Shown here one piece after another: positions 17,643 through 28,329 of a stretch of DNA of 64,000 nucleotides (positions within the stretch are counted from its first letter, which is position 1; each line of letters opens with the position of its first letter). Position numbers and translations under genes: made by a program. The notes under the pieces are model-generated. The model made no database searches and was not told the DNA's origin. It saw only the letters and a program-made list of their open reading frames with translations. The stretch covers positions 3,879 through 67,878 of the forward strand of contig JAGCFN010000019.1 of assembly GCA_017650085.1 (NCBI GenBank), written 5' to 3'. This DNA is from Bacteroidaceae bacterium (GTDB lineage Bacteria > Bacteroidota > Bacteroidia > Bacteroidales > Bacteroidaceae).

Positions 17643-19070
17643 ATGGACTATGAACTGAAAAACGGAAAGATGACCAACTACCGTTGGCTTATCTGCGGCA
17701 TGCTCTTCCTCGCAACCACTATCAACTACATGGACAGACAAGTGCTTTCCCTCACATGGAAAGACTTTATTGCACCAGAATTCCATTGGACGGATGCCGA
17801 CTACGGTCGCATTGCCGCCATTTTCTCCATCGTTTATGCCATCGGCAACCTTTTCAGCGGTCGCTTCATGGACTGGATTGGCACGAAGAAAGGCTACCTT
17901 TGGGCCATCGGAATATGGTCTTTGGGAGCTTGCATGCATGCCTTCTGCGGTGTCGCAACTGCTGAATGGCTGGGCCTTGAGGGCAAAGAAGACCTCATCA
18001 ATGCAGTAGGTACGAGCACGGCAGTCATTGCTTCTGTCAGCGCTTGGTTCTTTATTGTTTGTCGCATCGTACTTGGTATTGGCGAGAGCGGCAACTTCCC
18101 CGCTGCCATCAAGGTAACTGCAGAATATTTCCCAAAGAAGGACAGAGCCTTCTCTACCAGTATTTTCAATAGCGGAAGCACTATTGGAGCACTCATCGCG
18201 CCTATCTGTATTCCTCTGATTGCCAAATTCTACGGCTGGGAGATGGCTTTCATTATCATAGGTGCAATTGGCTTCATCTGGCTCGGACTATGGGTGTTCA
18301 TCTATAAGAAACCTGAAGAATGTGCCAGCGTGAACAAGGCAGAACTGGCTTACATCCAGCAAGATGAAGAAGTTGACGAAGAGGAAGAAACGAACGAGAA
18401 ACCCATTCCTTTCGCAAAGTTTATTACCTTCCCACAGACTTGGGGCATCTTCTTTGCAAAGTTCTTTACCGACGGCGTTTGGTGGTTTTTCCTCTTCTGG
18501 ACGCCAGCCTACATCAGCGACGTCTATGGATTGAAGTCCGACAACCCGACTGCCATGTTGCTCATCTTCGTGCTCTATGCCATCACGATGCTTTCCATTT
18601 ATGGAGGCAAACTTCCAACCATTATTATTAACAAGACCGGACAGCATCCCTATGATGCCCGCCTCAAGGCAATGTTCATCTTTACGCTGTTCCCTCTCCT
18701 CACTTTGTTTGCACAACCTCTTGGCGCTTACAGTTATTGGTTCCCAATTATCCTGATTGGTTTGGCAGGTGCGGCACATCAAAGTTGGTCGGCAAACCTG
18801 TTCTCTGTGGGAAGTGACCTCTTCCCGAAGAAAGCTGTCGGCACCATGACGGGCATCAATGGTTTGGCAGGAGGTATCAGTTCATTCCTCATCAACTGGA
18901 TAAGCGGCTATCTCTTCGACTATGCCGACCAGACACAGATGCACTTCCTCGGCTTTACAGGCAAGCCTGCAGGCTATTTCATCATCTTCTGTTACTGCGC
19001 CATAGCCTATCTCTTAGGCTGGATCTTACTCAAGACATTCGTGCCTAAATACAAGGCAGTACAAGGATAA
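17643..19070 (+). CDS. exuT: MFS transporter, hexuronate transporter ExuT-like
   Basis: 12-TM MFS pattern (..YRWLICGMLFLATTINYMDRQVLS..). It heads the uxuB-uxuA-uxaC cluster. A TACCTTTG -7 box lies at 17606. Confidence 0.85.
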   Translation: MDYELKNGKMTNYRWLICGMLFLATTINYMDRQVLSLTWKDFIAPEFHWTDADYGRIAAIFSIVYAIGNLFSGRFMDWIGTKKGYLWAIGIWSLGACMHAFCGVATAEWLGLEGKEDLINAVGTSTAVIASVSAWFFIVCRIVLGIGESGNFPAAIKVTAEYFPKKDRAFSTSIFNSGSTIGALIAPICIPLIAKFYGWEMAFIIIGAIGFIWLGLWVFIYKKPEECASVNKAELAYIQQDEEVDEEEETNEKPIPFAKFITFPQTWGIFFAKFFTDGVWWFFLFWTPAYISDVYGLKSDNPTAMLLIFVLYAITMLSIYGGKLPTIIINKTGQHPYDARLKAMFIFTLFPLLTLFAQPLGAYSYWFPIILIGLAGAAHQSWSANLFSVGSDLFPKKAVGTMTGINGLAGGISSFLINWISGYLFDYADQTQMHFLGFTGKPAGYFIIFCYCAIAYLLGWILLKTFVPKYKAVQG

Positions 19071-19106
19071 AAAAGAAAGTAACAACATAAAAACACAATA
19101 CTAAAA

Positions 19107-19916
19107 ATGAAAAACTTATTTGATATTCAAGGGAAAGTCGTCGTGCTGACTGGCGGCTGCGGCATTCTTGGCAAGAACATTGCCCATTATCTGGTAGAGC
19201 AAGGCGCAAAAGTGGTTGTGCTCGACCGCATCGAAGACCAGGGTAAAGAACTGGAAGCCGAGTTGAACAAGAAGGGCGAGGCGCTCTTCCTCGTGACTGA
19301 TGTGCTGAAACGCGAAGTCTTAGAGCAGAACAGAGATGCCATCGTGGCACGCTTCGGCACCATCGACATCCTGCTCAATGCCGCAGGAGGTAACATGGCT
19401 GGAGCCACCATCGCTCCCGACAAGACCTTCCTCGACCTTGACCTCGATGCCTTTAAGAAGGTTGTGGAACTCAATCTCTTTGGCACAGTCATTCCCACAC
19501 AAGTGTTCGTACCCGTTATGGCAAAGAATGAGAAGGGCGCCATCGTGAACTTCTGCTCCGAAACGGCACTTCGTCCTCTCACTCGTGTTGTGGGATATGG
19601 AGCAGCAAAGGCAGCCATCGCGAACTACACGAAGTATATGGCGACCGAACTCGCCTCGAAGTTCAGCCCAGGCCTGCGCGTCAATGCCATCGTGCCGGGC
19701 TTCCTCCTGACTAATCAGAACAGGTCATTGCTGACTAATGAGGACGGCTCGTTGACCGACAGGGCAAAGACCATCATCGCCCACACACCTGCTGGTCGCT
19801 TTGCAGAACCAGAGGAACTATTCGGCACGATACACTACCTCATCAGCGATGCCAGCAGTTTCGTCACAGGAGTCCTCTCCGTAGTTGACGGCGGATTTGA
19901 TGCTTTCTCAATTTAA
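19107..19916 (+). CDS. uxuB: SDR family oxidoreductase, probable D-mannonate oxidoreductase
   Basis: TGGCGILG cofactor motif and YGAAK catalytic motif; positioned between exuT and uxuA. Confidence 0.8.
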   Translation: MKNLFDIQGKVVVLTGGCGILGKNIAHYLVEQGAKVVVLDRIEDQGKELEAELNKKGEALFLVTDVLKREVLEQNRDAIVARFGTIDILLNAAGGNMAGATIAPDKTFLDLDLDAFKKVVELNLFGTVIPTQVFVPVMAKNEKGAIVNFCSETALRPLTRVVGYGAAKAAIANYTKYMATELASKFSPGLRVNAIVPGFLLTNQNRSLLTNEDGSLTDRAKTIIAHTPAGRFAEPEELFGTIHYLISDASSFVTGVLSVVDGGFDAFSI

Positions 19917-19938
19917 AACACTTTATACCTTATATAAT

Positions 19939-21111
19939 ATGTATCTTTGCGAACAAAGTTTCCGTTGGTATGGTCCCAACGACCCAGTAAGTCTGCAGGA
20001 CATCAGGCAGGCTGGAGCCACAGGTATAGTAACCGCTTTGCATCACATCCCCAATGGTGAGGTGTGGACGAAAGAGGAAATTCTCAAGCGTAAAAAGGTC
20101 ATCGAAGACGCAGGAATGCGTTGGGCAGCCGTGGAAAGCGTGCCTGTACACGAGCATATCAAGACCCAAACGGGCGATTTCCAACGCTATATTGACAACT
20201 ACAAGCAAAGCCTCATCAACCTTGGAGAGTGTGGTGTGGATGTCGTAACCTACAACTTCATGCCCGTTCTCGACTGGACACGAACCAACTTGGCTTATGA
20301 AATGCCCGACGGAAGCCGTGCTCTTCGTTTCGAGAGGGCAGCTTTCGTAGCTTTTGACCTGTTCATCCTGAAAAGACCGGGTGCAGAGAAAGACTACTCC
20401 GACGCAGAGAAAGCGAAGGCCAAGGCACGCTACGAGCAGATGGACGATGCGGAAAAAGAGCTCATCACCCGTAATATGATTGCCGGTTTGCCTGGCTCTG
20501 AGGAGAGTTTCACGCTGGAACAATTCCAGAAAGAACTCGACAGATACAAGGACATCACGCCTGAGAAGTTGCGCTCGAACCTCATCTATTTCCTCAACGA
20601 GGTGTGTCCTGCAGCCGAGAAAGCCGGCGTAAAGTTGGTCATACACCCTGATGACCCACCTATGTCGATACTTGGTCTGCCTCGCATTCTCAGTACAGCC
20701 GAGGACTTCCAGGCACTCATTGATGCCGTTCCAAGCCCTGCTAACGGGCTCTGTCTCTGTACCGGATCATTTGGTGTGAGTGCACAAAACGACCTGCCAG
20801 CAATGATGCGTCGTTTCTGGGACCGTATCGATTTCGTTCATCTCCGCAGCACTCAGAGGGATGCTGAAGGCAACTTCCACGAAGCGAACCACCTCGAAGG
20901 TGACGTCCCGATGTATGAAGTGATGAAAGCTTTCCTTGAGATTCAGCAGAAACGGCAGAAGAGCATTGTGATGAGACCTGACCACGGGCATCAGATGTGC
21001 GATGACCTCAAGAAGAAAACCAACCCCGGATACAGTTGCATAGGCCGTCTCAGAGGTCTTGCCGAACTGCGAGGATTGGAAATGGGAATCGCCATGAGCC
21101 TGAACCCATAA
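19939..21111 (+). CDS. uxuA: mannonate dehydratase
   Basis: Collinear with E. coli UxuA from [43 protein letters not shown] to ..[28 protein letters not shown]. The ATG at 19939 is chosen over the upstream track start. Confidence 0.95.
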   Translation: MYLCEQSFRWYGPNDPVSLQDIRQAGATGIVTALHHIPNGEVWTKEEILKRKKVIEDAGMRWAAVESVPVHEHIKTQTGDFQRYIDNYKQSLINLGECGVDVVTYNFMPVLDWTRTNLAYEMPDGSRALRFERAAFVAFDLFILKRPGAEKDYSDAEKAKAKARYEQMDDAEKELITRNMIAGLPGSEESFTLEQFQKELDRYKDITPEKLRSNLIYFLNEVCPAAEKAGVKLVIHPDDPPMSILGLPRILSTAEDFQALIDAVPSPANGLCLCTGSFGVSAQNDLPAMMRRFWDRIDFVHLRSTQRDAEGNFHEANHLEGDVPMYEVMKAFLEIQQKRQKSIVMRPDHGHQMCDDLKKKTNPGYSCIGRLRGLAELRGLEMGIAMSLNP

Positions 21112-21147
21112 ACCCCATTAACCCTATTAAGCCTATAAAACCCATTA
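21104..21147. repeat. 9-bp tandem repeat (about 5 copies) in the uxuA-uxaC spacer
   Basis: acccataa / accccatta / accctatta / agcctataa / aacccatta. Confidence 0.8.
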
Positions 21148-21149
21148 CT

Positions 21150-22553
21150 ATGAAAGCCTTCATGGACAAAGATTTCCTGTTGCAGTCGCGAACGGCACAG
21201 GCTCTCTACCACAACCACGCAGCCCATCTGCCCATCATCGATTACCATTGCCACCTCAATCCAAAGGAAGTTGCGGAGGACCATCGCTTTTCTGGTATCA
21301 CGGAACTCTGGCTTGGAGGGGACCACTACAAGTGGCGCGCCATGCGGAGCAACGGGGTTGAGGAGAAATATATCACTGGCGATGCGAGCGATTGGGAGAA
21401 GTTCCAGAAGTGGGCCGAAACGATGCCATACTGCATGAGGAATCCTCTCTACCATTGGACGCACCTTGAACTTCGCACGGCTTTCGGCATAAACAAGCTC
21501 CTGAATGCAGATACGGCTCGCGAGATATATGATGAATGTAACGAGAAACTGCAGTCGCCAGAGTTCTCGGCTCGTGGCTTGATGCGCAGGTACAAAGTGG
21601 AAACAGTCTGCACAACCGACGATCCAGCGGATACTTTGGAGCATCACATCGCCACTCGTCGCAGCGGTTTCGAGGTGAAGGTCCTGCCTACATGGCGTCC
21701 TGACAAGGCGATGGCGATTGACAATCCCACAGCTTATCGGGCTTACATCGAGGCTTTGAGTTCAACCGCAAAACAGGAAATCCGCACTTATACTGACCTG
21801 CTCGAGGTCCTTCAAAAGCGTCACGACTTCTTCGCTTCTGTAGGTTGCCGCCTTTCCGACCATGGTGTCAACGAGTTTTATGCAGACGACTTTACCGAGT
21901 CGGAGTTGAATGCCATCTTCCGTAAAGTGATGGACGGCAAGACGCCTACTGCCGAGGAAGTCAATAAGTTCCGTTCTGCACTCATGCTCGAAGGGGGAAG
22001 GATGGATGCGAAGGCAGGTTGGACGCAGCAGTTCCACTATGGTCCGATGCGAAACAACAACTCGAAGATGTTCCGCCGTCTCGGTCCAGATACGGGTTAC
22101 GACAGCATCGGCACTTGGAACACAAGCGAAAGCCTCTCGCGTTTCCTCGACAAGTTGGACAGCGAAGGCAATCTCGCCAAGACTATCCTCTACCCTATCA
22201 ATCCTTCGGACAACGAGATGGTTGCCACCATGACAGGCAACTTCCAGGAAGGTCCAACGCCAGGCAAGATTCAGTTCGGCAGCGGATGGTGGTTCAACGA
22301 CCAGCTCGACGGTATGGAACGCCAGATGAACTGCCTCTCGGTCCTCGGATTGCTAAGCCGTTTCGTAGGCATGCTGACCGACAGCCGCTCGTTCCTCTCC
22401 TACCCTCGCCACGAGTATTTCCGCCGATTGATGTGCAACCTCATCGGTCAGGACGTGGAAGACGGCAAACTGCCTGCAGAGGAAATGGAGTTCATCGCAC
22501 AGATGGTGGAGGACATCAGCTACTATAACGCGAAGAGATATTTCGGCTTTTGA
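21150..22553 (+). CDS. uxaC: glucuronate isomerase
   Basis: MKAFMDKDFLL..LPIIDYHCHL motif; 467 aa. The track ORF N-terminus ([16 protein letters not shown]) is translated 9-bp repeat and is not coding. Confidence 0.95.
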   Translation: MKAFMDKDFLLQSRTAQALYHNHAAHLPIIDYHCHLNPKEVAEDHRFSGITELWLGGDHYKWRAMRSNGVEEKYITGDASDWEKFQKWAETMPYCMRNPLYHWTHLELRTAFGINKLLNADTAREIYDECNEKLQSPEFSARGLMRRYKVETVCTTDDPADTLEHHIATRRSGFEVKVLPTWRPDKAMAIDNPTAYRAYIEALSSTAKQEIRTYTDLLEVLQKRHDFFASVGCRLSDHGVNEFYADDFTESELNAIFRKVMDGKTPTAEEVNKFRSALMLEGGRMDAKAGWTQQFHYGPMRNNNSKMFRRLGPDTGYDSIGTWNTSESLSRFLDKLDSEGNLAKTILYPINPSDNEMVATMTGNFQEGPTPGKIQFGSGWWFNDQLDGMERQMNCLSVLGLLSRFVGMLTDSRSFLSYPRHEYFRRLMCNLIGQDVEDGKLPAEEMEFIAQMVEDISYYNAKRYFGF

Positions 22554-22555
22554 AA

Positions 22556-22669
22556 AAACATAACGTGCCAAGTCGCCAAACTTCACGTGTGTCGTTGGGA
22601 AACTTCACGTGTGATGTTGGCGAACTTCACGTGTGTCGTTGGCAAACTTCACGTGTGAAGTATGGCAAC
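22556..22669. repeat. 22-bp tandem array D (about 5 units)
   Basis: Units: gtgccaagtcgccaaacttcacgt / gtgtcgttgggaaacttcacgt / gtgatgttggcgaacttcacgt / gtgtcgttggcaaacttcacgt / gtgaagtatggcaac. The array starts 3 nt after the uxaC stop. Confidence 0.95.
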
Positions 22670-22736
22670 TCAACATTATTTATTTAGTAAAAGAACGTTT
22701 TTCTGTCGGAAGATTTGGCTGTTATAAAAAGAAAGC

Positions 22737-22744
22737 GTACCTTT
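22737..22744 (+). promoter_or_regulatory. -7 box TACCTTTG for the tlpA-like/tldD/pmbA genes
   Basis: TAnnTTTG match 43 nt upstream of the ATG at 22787. Confidence 0.6.
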
Positions 22745-22786
22745 GCACCTGTCAAATACGAAACACCTAAACAATTTTATACAACT

Positions 22787-23887
22787 ATGAAAAGGAATTT
22801 CTTTATGACCCTGCTGGCTGCTATTTGCTTGGTAGCTTGCGCTGAGACTAAGACAGAGATTAAGGTTGTAGGCGACCTTGGCGACCCTCAACCCACATTC
22901 CTCTACAGTATGTTTGACGGTAAGATGCTTGCAGAAGGACAAGTTGCCGACGGAGTTGTAACGTTCGTAGTGGACACCGTCGAGCCCACAGTTGCCGTGA
23001 TAGGCCGCAGCGCTGACCGCCGTCAGCCGATTTGTACCGTCATTATCGACGGCAAGCCCATCGAGGTAACCATTAAGGAAAGTGAAGCTACCATCACAAA
23101 AGGCTCTGAAAGCAACATGGCACTCGCTGACGCAATGGAGCGTGTGAAGATGGCAAGCAGTCCGATGGAACAGCTCATGAAGGAGTATAGCGAGGCTCAC
23201 GAAAAGTATAAAGGCGAGATTCCCGACTCTATAATGGACGGCTTCAACAAGCGTTACGATGAAATCTCTGAAGAAGTCATCGCCACTCAGAAGCAGATTA
23301 TCATGGAGAACAAGGGCAATATGGCTCCTCTCTACCTTCTGCGTACTGGCAGCGACTCTTACGGAGTGGAATTCATCGAAAGCTTCCTGAAGGATTACAA
23401 GTATAAGGATTCTAAGGTACTCGAGCCTGTCGTAGCCTCTATCAGCGGCGAAAAGAACAAATTGCCTGGTGCTTCTGTAGTTGATTTCGTGGGTAAAGAC
23501 CTCAACGACCAAGAGTGTCACCTCACCGATTACGTGGGTAAAGGCAAATATGTCCTCGTTGATTTCTGGGCTTCATGGTGTGGTCCCTGCCGCGCTGAAA
23601 TGCCGAATGTGAAGGCAAACTACGAGAAGTACAAGGACAAAGGCTTCGAAGTGGTCGGCATCTCCTTTGATGACAACAAAGAGGCTTGGGCGAAGGGTGT
23701 GAAAGACCTTGGCATCACTTGGCCTCAAATCAGCGACCTGAAGGGTTGGGAGTGCGCAGCTAGCGACCTCTACAACATCAAGGCCATCCCTGCAACCCTC
23801 CTCTATGGCCCCGACGGAAAGGTCATCAAGGCCAACCTTCGCGGCGAAGACCTTGGCAATGCCTTGGCTGAATACCTCGACAAATAA
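22787..23887 (+). CDS. TlpA/ResA-family thiol-disulfide oxidoreductase lipoprotein
   Basis: Lipoprotein signal MKRNFFMTLLAAICLVAC. Thioredoxin motif DFWASWCGPC. A TACCTTTG box lies at 22737. Confidence 0.85.
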   Translation: MKRNFFMTLLAAICLVACAETKTEIKVVGDLGDPQPTFLYSMFDGKMLAEGQVADGVVTFVVDTVEPTVAVIGRSADRRQPICTVIIDGKPIEVTIKESEATITKGSESNMALADAMERVKMASSPMEQLMKEYSEAHEKYKGEIPDSIMDGFNKRYDEISEEVIATQKQIIMENKGNMAPLYLLRTGSDSYGVEFIESFLKDYKYKDSKVLEPVVASISGEKNKLPGASVVDFVGKDLNDQECHLTDYVGKGKYVLVDFWASWCGPCRAEMPNVKANYEKYKDKGFEVVGISFDDNKEAWAKGVKDLGITWPQISDLKGWECAASDLYNIKAIPATLLYGPDGKVIKANLRGEDLGNALAEYLDK

Positions 23888-23890
23888 GGA

Positions 23891-25267
23891 TTGATGTTTC
23901 CTCTTACGAGCGAACAACTTAACGGCATACTCGCTACTGCACTCATGCAAGGTGGTGAGTATGCCGATATTTTTATAGAAGATACGCGAATCAGCAGCAT
24001 GGTGCTGCAGGATAGCAAGGTGAGCCAGGCTCAGCAAGTGTGCCTTTATGGTGCTGGTATTAGGGCGGTTAAGGGCACGCAGACAGGTTATGCCTACACG
24101 ATGGACTTGAGCGAGAGGGCTATGCTGCAGGCTGCAAGGTTTGCGGGAAGCATGTTTGGCTGTAATTCGTGCAGGGAGGCTATGTCGGCAACAACAAAAC
24201 AATTATGCGCAAGCAATCCTGCCGAAACGTTGTCTCCCGATAAAGTCCGCCAACTTCTACTGCTTGTCGAGCAGAAAGCCCACACTCTCGACGCTTCCGT
24301 CATCAAGGTAAAAGCCTATGTTTCCCAGCGAATGCAGGAAGTGCAGTTTGCCAGCAGCGACGGAACAGCCTTCCACGATTTCCGTCCTCGCACATCACTT
24401 TCCATAAGTATCGTTATGGAGAGAAACGGGCAAACACAAATGGGCTACGCTTCTAGGATGCTGCAAATGGGTGCGGAATTCATTTCGGACACTCTCATAG
24501 AAGAGGTTGTCAGAGACGCTATCAAGCAAACAGACCACCTATTCTCTGCCTCGCAGATAGAAGGAGGCGAGATGCCTGTCGTGATGGCTGCAGGAAGTAG
24601 TGGAATCTTGTTGCACGAAGCTATTGGTCACGCCTTCGAAGCCGACTTCATTCGAACCGGAGACAGCATCTTTACGGGTAAGTTGGGACAACAGATATGC
24701 AACCCAAGCATCAGTATTGTCGATGATGGAACGCTTCCGAACGATGCCGGAATGCTTCGCTACGATGATGAAGGCATCCCAGGACAAAGGACAATTCTCG
24801 TCGAGAAAGGCAGGTTGAACAGTTATCTCTACGACCGAATCAGTGCTCGACATTTTGGTGTCGAACCGACAGGAAATGGCAGGCGAGAGAGTTTCCGCTG
24901 TGTGCCCATCCCACGAATGCGCTCGACCTACATGCTTCCTGGTGAAGCGAAGGAAGAAGACATCATCCGAAGCGTCAAACGCGGTATTTATGCCCAGTCG
25001 TTCACGAACGGTCAAGTGCAGATTGGAGCTGGCGATTTCACCTTTTTCATGAAGACAGGTTACCTCATCGAGGACGGCAAGTTGACCAGACCTCTTCGCG
25101 ACCTCAACATCATCGGGAACGGTCCTGAAGCACTTCAACGCATCAGTATGGTTGGCGACAATCTGCGCATCGACCATAGCGCAAGCATGTGTGGTAAGGA
25201 AGGGCAGAAAGTGGCTGTCAGTCAAGGCTTGCCAACGGTATTGATAGACAAGTTAATTGTGGGATAG
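23891..25267 (+). CDS. tldD: TldD-family metalloprotease
   Basis: 458 aa with the TldD/PmbA fold signature (..GSSGILLHEAIGHAFEAD..), paired with the downstream PmbA-like gene. Confidence 0.9.
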   Translation: MMFPLTSEQLNGILATALMQGGEYADIFIEDTRISSMVLQDSKVSQAQQVCLYGAGIRAVKGTQTGYAYTMDLSERAMLQAARFAGSMFGCNSCREAMSATTKQLCASNPAETLSPDKVRQLLLLVEQKAHTLDASVIKVKAYVSQRMQEVQFASSDGTAFHDFRPRTSLSISIVMERNGQTQMGYASRMLQMGAEFISDTLIEEVVRDAIKQTDHLFSASQIEGGEMPVVMAAGSSGILLHEAIGHAFEADFIRTGDSIFTGKLGQQICNPSISIVDDGTLPNDAGMLRYDDEGIPGQRTILVEKGRLNSYLYDRISARHFGVEPTGNGRRESFRCVPIPRMRSTYMLPGEAKEEDIIRSVKRGIYAQSFTNGQVQIGAGDFTFFMKTGYLIEDGKLTRPLRDLNIIGNGPEALQRISMVGDNLRIDHSASMCGKEGQKVAVSQGLPTVLIDKLIVG

Positions 25268-25271
25268 AGAG

Positions 25272-26582
25272 ATGAACAAGAACCTGATATATCGTGCCGA
25301 AGAGGACATCTTGAAGCTTCCGTCGAAGCTCGACTACAAGCTTGTTTTGCTTGAGAATCACGAAGATAACATCATCCTGCGAGATGGCAAAGTGGAGAAG
25401 ATGCTGCGAGCCACATCCCTTTCGCTCGCCATCAATCTCTTCCTCGATGGTCGCGACGGCTTCTTCTACACGAACAATCTGCAAACGGAGGCTGTCAGCA
25501 AGTTCATCAAGGAAGCCTACGAGACGACTCGTTTGCTGGAACCAGACGAGACCCGAACGCTTGCCGACCCCAGCAGATACTATAAAGGTGGCGGACCTGA
25601 CCTGAAAAACTTCGATGCCACGTTTTCTGAAATCGATCCGAAAGAGAAGTTGGATTTACTCCAAGAAACAGCTTCGGAAGTGGATGGAACAGATCAAAGC
25701 ATCATCAGCATGCAGACACGTTATACTGATAGGCAGCATCAAGCGCATTACCTCATCAGTAACGGATTTGACGGCTACGAGGAAAGTAGCTACTGCACGC
25801 TGACAAGCATCATTTCCGTGAAAGGTGAAAATGGTCAGCATCCTATGGATGGTTGGGGCGAAACGCGTCTTTTCTTCACTCAAATGCCTCGCAAAGGAAT
25901 CGCTCCGACCGCTCTTCGAAGGACGCTTCAAAAGATAGGTCAAAGACCTGCAGCTAGCGGTCGCTACCGAATGATACTGGAGTCGCCCTGCGCTGGGAAC
26001 TTCCTCCAGCCCATGCTTAACGCGATGAACGGACAGGCTTTGCAGCAGAAGACTTCGTTCCTCTTAGGAAAACTTGGCAAACAAGTCGTTTCGCCACTCG
26101 TGAATATCGTGGACGATCCGCTCATTCCAGGCACTCGAGGGGCTTCGCTCTTCGATTATGACGGAGTTGCGACAAAGCGAAGAGAACTCTTCACAGAAGG
26201 CCGTTTGAGGACATATTTCATCGATACTCCGATGGGTAAAAAGCTTGGGATGGAACCCACCACGCAAGGTATCCACCATCTTGTTATGGAACAGGGAACG
26301 ATGAGTAAGGAGGACGTGATTCGTGACTCCAGTCGAGCCATCCTCGTAACCGATTTCAACGGGGGAAATTGCGACCCCGTAACGGGCAATTTCTCGTATG
26401 GAATCGAGGGTTTCCTCATCGAAAATGGCATCATCACACAGCCCATCAGCGGTATGAACATTACAGGAAATTTGCTTGATGTATGGCAGAGATTGAGTCT
26501 CGCCTGCAACGATGCAGACCCTTGGGAAACGGAGTTCATCCCCACCCTCGCTTTCGAAGATGTCGCTTTCGGCGGTTGCTAG
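25272..26582 (+). CDS. pmbA: PmbA/TldE-family metalloprotease partner
   Basis: 436 aa TldE-like protein. The ATG at 25272 lies 5 nt after the tldD stop. Confidence 0.85.
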   Translation: MNKNLIYRAEEDILKLPSKLDYKLVLLENHEDNIILRDGKVEKMLRATSLSLAINLFLDGRDGFFYTNNLQTEAVSKFIKEAYETTRLLEPDETRTLADPSRYYKGGGPDLKNFDATFSEIDPKEKLDLLQETASEVDGTDQSIISMQTRYTDRQHQAHYLISNGFDGYEESSYCTLTSIISVKGENGQHPMDGWGETRLFFTQMPRKGIAPTALRRTLQKIGQRPAASGRYRMILESPCAGNFLQPMLNAMNGQALQQKTSFLLGKLGKQVVSPLVNIVDDPLIPGTRGASLFDYDGVATKRRELFTEGRLRTYFIDTPMGKKLGMEPTTQGIHHLVMEQGTMSKEDVIRDSSRAILVTDFNGGNCDPVTGNFSYGIEGFLIENGIITQPISGMNITGNLLDVWQRLSLACNDADPWETEFIPTLAFEDVAFGGC

Positions 26583-26703
26583 GAAAACGTAACACGTTAA
26601 GTTGCCAAACATATAGTGTTACGATTGCAAACGTATAGTGTTACGATTGCAAATGACTAACGTGACGATTGCAAACATCAAACGTGACGATTGGCAACGA
26701 CAC
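26583..26703. repeat. 22-bp tandem array E (about 5 units)
   Basis: Units: gttaagttgccaaacatatagt / gttacgattgcaaacgtatagt / gttacgattgcaaatgactaac / gtgacgattgcaaacatcaaac / gtgacgattggcaacgacac. The array starts directly after the pmbA stop. Confidence 0.95.
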
Positions 26704-26780
26704 TGCCCACGTTTTCAGACTTCCCTCGAACAGTTCAAAAGAAAAACTAGTTTTCCTTTTGCTTTTCGCTCTTTTATTCG

Positions 26781-26788
26781 TAACTTTG
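26781..26788 (+). promoter_or_regulatory. -7 box TAACTTTG for the endonuclease I gene
   Basis: TAnnTTTG match 33 nt upstream of the ATG at 26821. Confidence 0.6.
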
Positions 26789-26820
26789 CAGACACGAAAA
26801 CGACTAAACCTTCAAATCCA

Positions 26821-28323
26821 ATGAAACAACATACTACTCTATTCCTCCTTTCTCTGCTGCTTCCATACCTCGCTCTAGCAGGCATTCCAGAAGGCTACTA
26901 TACGAATGCGAACGGCAAGAAAAAGGCTGAACTCAAGGCCGCAATGTACAGTATAATTTCCCCTCACACGGAATTGGGATACGGTAACCTGTGGAAAGCA
27001 TACGAGAATGTTGACTATTTGCCTGCCACTAACTCGTCAGGTCAGCATCAAGTAATGGATTACTATAGCGACAACGTGTACTATTTCACAGGAAATGGCA
27101 CAGCTGTAAGCGGGATGAACAAAGAGCATGTCGCTCCCCAAAGCTGGTGGACTGGCGGAACAGGAATTGCGGTAGGCAACGATTTGTTTCAAGTCATTCC
27201 ATCCGACTCAAAAGCGAATAGTGCTAAAGGTAACCTTCCTTTGGGAGAAGTGACAGGAGCCGTTTCGTATCCAAGCAGCGGCGTTTCAAATACACGAATG
27301 CGAACTGGAAGAGATGCAAGTGGGAAATTTGTGTTTGAACCCTGCGATGAATACAAAGGAGACTTTGCCCGCATCTTCTTTTATGTGGCGACATGTTATC
27401 CCGACGTTGATTGGCAGAACCGCACCGACGTGAATGTTTCGTTCAGACGTGAAGACTACCCTACTCTGAAAGAAGACATCCTGCCAATGTTACTGCGATG
27501 GAGTAAGAACGATCCGGTTTGCGAATGGGAAATAACCCGCAACGAACGTGCCTATGGAGAACAAGGGAATCGCAATCCTTTCGTCGATTTCCCTAACCTT
27601 GCAGAGTACATTTGGGGCGATAGCGTCGAGTTTGCCTTCTCTGTTGACGGCACTTCCAGTGGTGGTGGAGGTGGTGGCGACGAGATTCCTGACTTTGCAA
27701 CTTTGGTCGATTGTTCTTTGAAGTCAGGTCTCGACCCGTTCTTTGTCCGTACTTATGAAGGTTGTGAAGGTGAGGTTTGGACAAGCAAATCCCAATTCGG
27801 AGCTGTGGCAAATGCCTACAACCTCGCAAACAAGGAAGCAGACGAATACCTGATGGTCAACCTCGACCTGACTCATGCCGAAACGGCTACGCTGAATTTC
27901 CAGCACGCAACAGGCTATAACAAGGACGTTCCAGTGAAGGATACATATTTCCAAGTGCTTGTCAGCGAGGACTATGAGGGTGTTCCTGAAGATGCGACAT
28001 GGAGGTTGCTCGACGTAACATTCCCTCCACTCAAACCTAGTGGCGGCTTCACAAACTTCGTTTCCTCTGGCGACATCAGCCTCAATTCCTATAGCGGAAA
28101 GGAAGTCACGCTTGCATTCCGCTACATTAGCAACAGTTCAGCCTGCTACGCATGGGAAGTAACGGATGTTAAAGTGACTGCCTATACTGTTCCAGATGCC
28201 CTGCCTCTCATTGCAGAAGAGGACACGACAGAACCCATCACATACGACCTGATGGGTAGAAGAGTGCCTTGGAACACGAAGGGTATCGTCATCAGAAACG
28301 GACACAAGATACTGCAAAAATAA
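26821..28323 (+). CDS. secreted endonuclease I family nuclease with extra C-terminal domain and T9SS CTD
   Basis: Signal MKQHTTLFLLSLLLPYLALAG. Endonuclease I motifs NKEHVAPQSWW and GNRNPFVDFP. Poly-Gly linker SSGGGGGGDE, then a ~170-aa domain. C-terminal ITYDLMGRRVPWNTKGIVIRNGHKILQK. The track N-terminus (26638-) is translated repeat array. Confidence 0.85.
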   Translation: MKQHTTLFLLSLLLPYLALAGIPEGYYTNANGKKKAELKAAMYSIISPHTELGYGNLWKAYENVDYLPATNSSGQHQVMDYYSDNVYYFTGNGTAVSGMNKEHVAPQSWWTGGTGIAVGNDLFQVIPSDSKANSAKGNLPLGEVTGAVSYPSSGVSNTRMRTGRDASGKFVFEPCDEYKGDFARIFFYVATCYPDVDWQNRTDVNVSFRREDYPTLKEDILPMLLRWSKNDPVCEWEITRNERAYGEQGNRNPFVDFPNLAEYIWGDSVEFAFSVDGTSSGGGGGGDEIPDFATLVDCSLKSGLDPFFVRTYEGCEGEVWTSKSQFGAVANAYNLANKEADEYLMVNLDLTHAETATLNFQHATGYNKDVPVKDTYFQVLVSEDYEGVPEDATWRLLDVTFPPLKPSGGFTNFVSSGDISLNSYSGKEVTLAFRYISNSSACYAWEVTDVKVTAYTVPDALPLIAEEDTTEPITYDLMGRRVPWNTKGIVIRNGHKILQK

Positions 28324-28329
28324 TCAGAA

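Noticed and set aside
19943-19950. TATCTTTG -7 box-like motif at the start of uxuA
   Set aside because: It lies inside the first codons (ATG TAT CTT TGC) of a gene that is 22 nt downstream of uxuB and evidently co-transcribed, so the match is coincidental.
26638-26820. N-terminal extensions of track ORFs through repeats or intergenic DNA (26638, 21036, 19885, 22715, 51395, 17491, 25257, 5422)
   Set aside because: The extensions translate the 22-bp arrays or 9-bp repeats (for example MLRLQMTNVTIANIKRDDW and [16 protein letters not shown]), or they overlap the upstream gene. Internal ATGs give proper signal peptides, conserved N-termini or tight start/stop coupling.
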